Part shown: positions 61,304 through 64,000 of the stretch, piece by piece
How the letters are laid out: each line of letters starts with the position of its first letter
How positions within the stretch are numbered: the first letter of the stretch is position 1
IMG/VR virus record: IMGVR_UViG_2593339273_000007
Span: 1-64,000 of that record
Source: a virus
Lineage: Duplodnaviria > Caudoviricetes
DNA length: 64,000 nucleotides
Direction: 5' to 3' (one strand)
Program-made: the position numbers and the translations under genes
The notes under the pieces: generated by a model
What the model was told of the DNA's origin: nothing
The model's database searches: none
What the model saw: the letters and a program-made list of their open reading frames with translations, nothing else

Positions 61304-61723
61304 TCATTGTGGCTCATCTTTTAATAATTCACCAAATTTTTGTAATGCCCTCCCATGAAATCTTTTCACTTGCGCATATGAATACCCCATCTCATAAGCT
61401 ATTTTAATCAAATTATACCCCTTAAGATATTTTCTGTCTAAAATTTCTATGTATCTATCATCCATCATCAAATCTAGTTTAGATACAATATTTCTCTTAA
61501 TATCAATCTGCTTATCAATCAAAATATCCAACTCTTTCTCATAATCATAGATTTTTGCAATAATGCTAGATAAACTATCTCCACATATTGATGTCTGAAC
61601 TCTTTCAGATAAGACAGCACTACACTTTTCAGCCTTAGAACGTTCCTCAATAATTTGGTCAATTTTTAATTTTATCTTATACTCGTAAGCTTGAACTTGC
61701 ATCAAATATTGTTTAGCTGTCAT
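61304..61723 (-). CDS. RinA/ArpU-like late transcriptional activator
   Basis: MTAKQYL...IL..KY...IAYEMGYS...H.RAL sigma-region-4-like HTH; last gene before packaging. Confidence 0.85.
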   Translation of the reverse strand: MTAKQYLMQVQAYEYKIKLKIDQIIEERSKAEKCSAVLSERVQTSICGDSLSSIIAKIYDYEKELDILIDKQIDIKRNIVSKLDLMMDDRYIEILDRKYLKGYNLIKIAYEMGYSYAQVKRFHGRALQKFGELLKDEPQ

Positions 61724-61949
61724 ATTCTACCTCTCCAAAATTGATTATTCTCACATGCTCATTATCTAAATTATGATCATAATGATGCAGTATTATTGGC
61801 TTTAAAAAACTCAATTCAGAATCAACATAAATAACAACTTCTGTCTTACAAAATCGTTTCATATGAAATGTTATCGCCACACCTTTTTTTGCTAGGTAAC
61901 AGCTATCAATCATTTTTATCAATTTTTCTTTTTCGTTCAACCAAATCAC
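61713..61949 (-). CDS. Hypothetical phage protein
   Basis: Overlaps both neighbours in the operon. Confidence 0.55.
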   Translation of the reverse strand: MIWLNEKEKLIKMIDSCYLAKKGVAITFHMKRFCKTEVVIYVDSELSFLKPIILHHYDHNLDNEHVRIINFGEVEYDS

Positions 61950-62350
61950 CTTCCTATTTTTTCAACTCTAATATAAATACCTGGAATATCAGCCCAAAAC
62001 TTTTCGCATATTAAACTTGCAATTTGAGCATCATCGCACCAAAAACCAACGCTTGTCATACAATCCTGCAATAACTTCTGTGCGTTATCTAGATCAGGCT
62101 TAGTGTCTTTGTACTGACCATCTACCTTACTATTTCTCATAGGGTAACACCATTTTACATATAGCCTTAACGATCCTCTAAGCTTTCTAGACGGTTTAAA
62201 TTTACCTAAGTGACCAATCAGCTTATTTCTTGCCTGCTTAAGTTCAGGCGGCTCGTAGAAGGTTTTATTTTTAAAATTAACTTGCTTTTCTTGATGAGTA
62301 ACTGTTGGTGGATTCATTGACATAAAAAACTCTATCATAACATTCTCCAT
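61946..62350 (-). CDS. rusA: RusA-family Holliday junction resolvase
   Basis: TKPDLDN..K.L.D and DDAQI motifs. Confidence 0.92.
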   Translation of the reverse strand: MENVMIEFFMSMNPPTVTHQEKQVNFKNKTFYEPPELKQARNKLIGHLGKFKPSRKLRGSLRLYVKWCYPMRNSKVDGQYKDTKPDLDNAQKLLQDCMTSVGFWCDDAQIASLICEKFWADIPGIYIRVEKIGR

Positions 62351-62448
62351 TCTTTTCTACCATCCTTTTATAAATGATATTGATTATCTATTAATATTTT
62401 TCATAACGGCATTTTTGCTTTAGTCATTAGGCGACCGTGAATAGTTAT

Positions 62449-62668
62449 GTTGGGCGAATGCTTACGCCCAACTAATCTTTCACAGTCTATGACATTTTGT
62501 GTCACGCGACAGAAAAATATATATATTATATATATGTTTTTGCCGTCGCACTGCGACAATAACTGAAAATCAGTTTTTGTCACGGGTTTTTGACGCACTG
62601 CGACAATAACTGAAATTTATGTTTTTGACGCACTGCGACACGCATGACAAAATCAGTTTTTGTCGCAC
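62449..62668. repeat. Putative phage replication origin: hairpin, AT tract and three CGCACTGCGACA iterons
   Basis: GTTGGGCG/CGCCCAAC hairpin, (AT)n tract at 62513-62540, iterons at 62547, 62594 and 62629, AAAATCAGTTTTTGTC twice. Confidence 0.7.
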
Positions 62669-64000
62669 GTAGTATCTTCTGATTTTCTATGAAGTATACT
62701 ATGTTTACCTGGACCTTTTTCCTCAGAATCAAATCCACCATGTTCTTTTATTCTTCTCCAAGCAGTTCGCTCTGATACTCCCATTTCTTTAGCTAAATCC
62801 TGAATAGTTATATCTTTTCCATCCATCTCCAAGCTTGCGAATGCGATTTCTAATGTATTTTGCCTTTCTTCCTTCTTCTTCTCCTTAGGTTTTCTAGATT
62901 CTATTCCTTTCTGCCATGGAGCTTTTTCCGATTCAGGCATCACATCTTTCAAAACACCAGATTCATCAATCTTATGGATTGGATAGTCAAACCATACATT
63001 TACAGGATCAAATCCGGCAAACTCTCTAAGTGTACCTTCAATTCTCCATGCAGTCTTTTGCGCTGCCAATCTCATAACACCATCCAATCTTCCCTCTAAT
63101 TCTATAAACTTACTTTGAGATAATGATTTTCTAGCATGGGATAACATTTGTGCCTTGCTTAAGGTATCATCAATACCAACATTTTCCTCAAAATAATCCT
63201 CATTTAGATTTTGAATAGCCAAAGCTAAATAATTTGCTGCAGCCTTTTCCTTTTCATGTTTAATAAGCTCATCAGATAAAGATAGTTCTGTTAAATCTAT
63301 AAGGGCGTCTGGATCCCTAGCAAATACACCCGATCCGCTAGCTCTGTCCATAGAACGCTTACCACCTTGATATCCTTTTGAATGATGATGGCAGTATATA
63401 ACAGCACTCCCTAAATCTGTACAAACCTTATCGAATTGATTACAAAAATGAGCCATTTGATCAGCACTATTTTCATCCCCAGTAATAACCTTATATATAG
63501 GATCTATTATTATAGCTATATAATCCTTTTTCTGTGCCCTTCTTATTAACTTTGGAGCCAACTTATCCATTGGCACAGACTTACCTCTTAGATTCCAAAT
63601 ATCGATGTTTTTAAGATTGTTTGGCATGATCTCCATTGCATTATACACATCTTTAAATCTATGAAAGCAACTTGCCCTATCAAGCTCCAAATTCACGTAC
63701 ATCACTTTCCCCTTAGCACACTGCCATCCTAGCCACTTATTGCCTTCTGCTATAGCAATACATAGTTCAATTAATGCATAACTTTTACCAGCTTTTGACG
63801 GTCCTGCCATAAGCATTTTATGTCCCTGTCGAAGAACTCCATTGATCAAAGGTGGAGCCAAATCAGGTAAATCATTAAAGAATGCATCTAAGCTTTCAGG
63901 GTCTGGCAAATCATCATTAACACCCTCTATCCACTCGAACCATTCATTCCAATCCTTTTTTCCAATATTGGTATCAATTAAGAATTGTTTTTTACCATTT
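62653..64000 (-). CDS. Phage AAA_25/RepA-like helicase (primase-helicase C-terminal part; 5' end beyond the window)
   Basis: GPSKAGKS, YVNLE, IIDP, HHHSKG and SGSGVFARDPD motifs; frame stays open to the window edge. Confidence 0.9.
   Translation of the reverse strand, partial: NGKKQFLIDTNIGKKDWNEWFEWIEGVNDDLPDPESLDAFFNDLPDLAPPLINGVLRQGHKMLMAGPSKAGKSYALIELCIAIAEGNKWLGWQCAKGKVMYVNLELDRASCFHRFKDVYNAMEIMPNNLKNIDIWNLRGKSVPMDKLAPKLIRRAQKKDYIAIIIDPIYKVITGDENSADQMAHFCNQFDKVCTDLGSAVIYCHHHSKGYQGGKRSMDRASGSGVFARDPDALIDLTELSLSDELIKHEKEKAAANYLALAIQNLNEDYFEENVGIDDTLSKAQMLSHARKSLSQSKFIELEGRLDGVMRLAAQKTAWRIEGTLREFAGFDPVNVWFDYPIHKIDESGVLKDVMPESEKAPWQKGIESRKPKEKKKEERQNTLEIAFASLEMDGKDITIQDLAKEMGVSERTAWRRIKEHGGFDSEEKGPGKHSILHRKSEDTTCDKN

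Larger units (their letters stand above)
45152..64000 (-). mobile_element. Prophage with contractile tail (Clostridial myovirus-like, Xkd-type tail), interrupted by the ICE
   Basis: Ordered helicase, RusA, late activator, terminase, portal, MuF, scaffold, capsid, connectors, sheath, tube, chaperone, tape measure, LysM and XkdQ genes. Confidence 0.95.

Noticed and set aside
62401-62598. 65-aa ORF
   Set aside because: Runs across the iteron/AT-tract region; probably spurious
477-63099. Numerous plus-strand ORFs (60-179 aa)
   Set aside because: All are antisense shadows of well-supported minus-strand genes, rich in F/S/L/I and without recognisable motifs

Overview
Low-GC Bacillota (probably Clostridia/Tissierellia-like) DNA made entirely of mobile elements, with essentially all genes on the minus strand. 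Positions 1-45151 are one arm of a large conjugative element (Tn1549/Tn5252-like ICE). It carries a 3941-aa primase-ArdC-methylase-SNF2 polyvalent protein, topoisomerase III, AbiE toxin-antitoxin, a VirB4/VirB6/VirD4 T4SS, three stand-alone DNA methylases, a RepA_N/DnaC/ParAB replicon, a Cna-B LPXTG adhesin and serine recombinases. The relaxase and main integrase are not in the window. The element end carries an rlmD/rumA-like attachment sequence (HVETIVLLSRK) but has inserted into the 3' end of the XkdQ-like tail gene of a contractile-tailed prophage (45152-64000: tail, head, packaging, RusA, helicase). A 2168-bp recombinase-plus-cargo unit sits in tandem at that junction, between two 258-bp repeats. 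Other notable features: a TnpV gene overprinted inside the giant gene, an alternative-frame gene inside a broken C5 methylase, a frameshifted regulator on a bacteriocin-like cassette in the tra operon, four dispersed 27-bp palindromes, a MuF toxin-immunity pair and a RexAB-like two-gene moron. Family assignments come from motif recognition by eye; no database searches were run.
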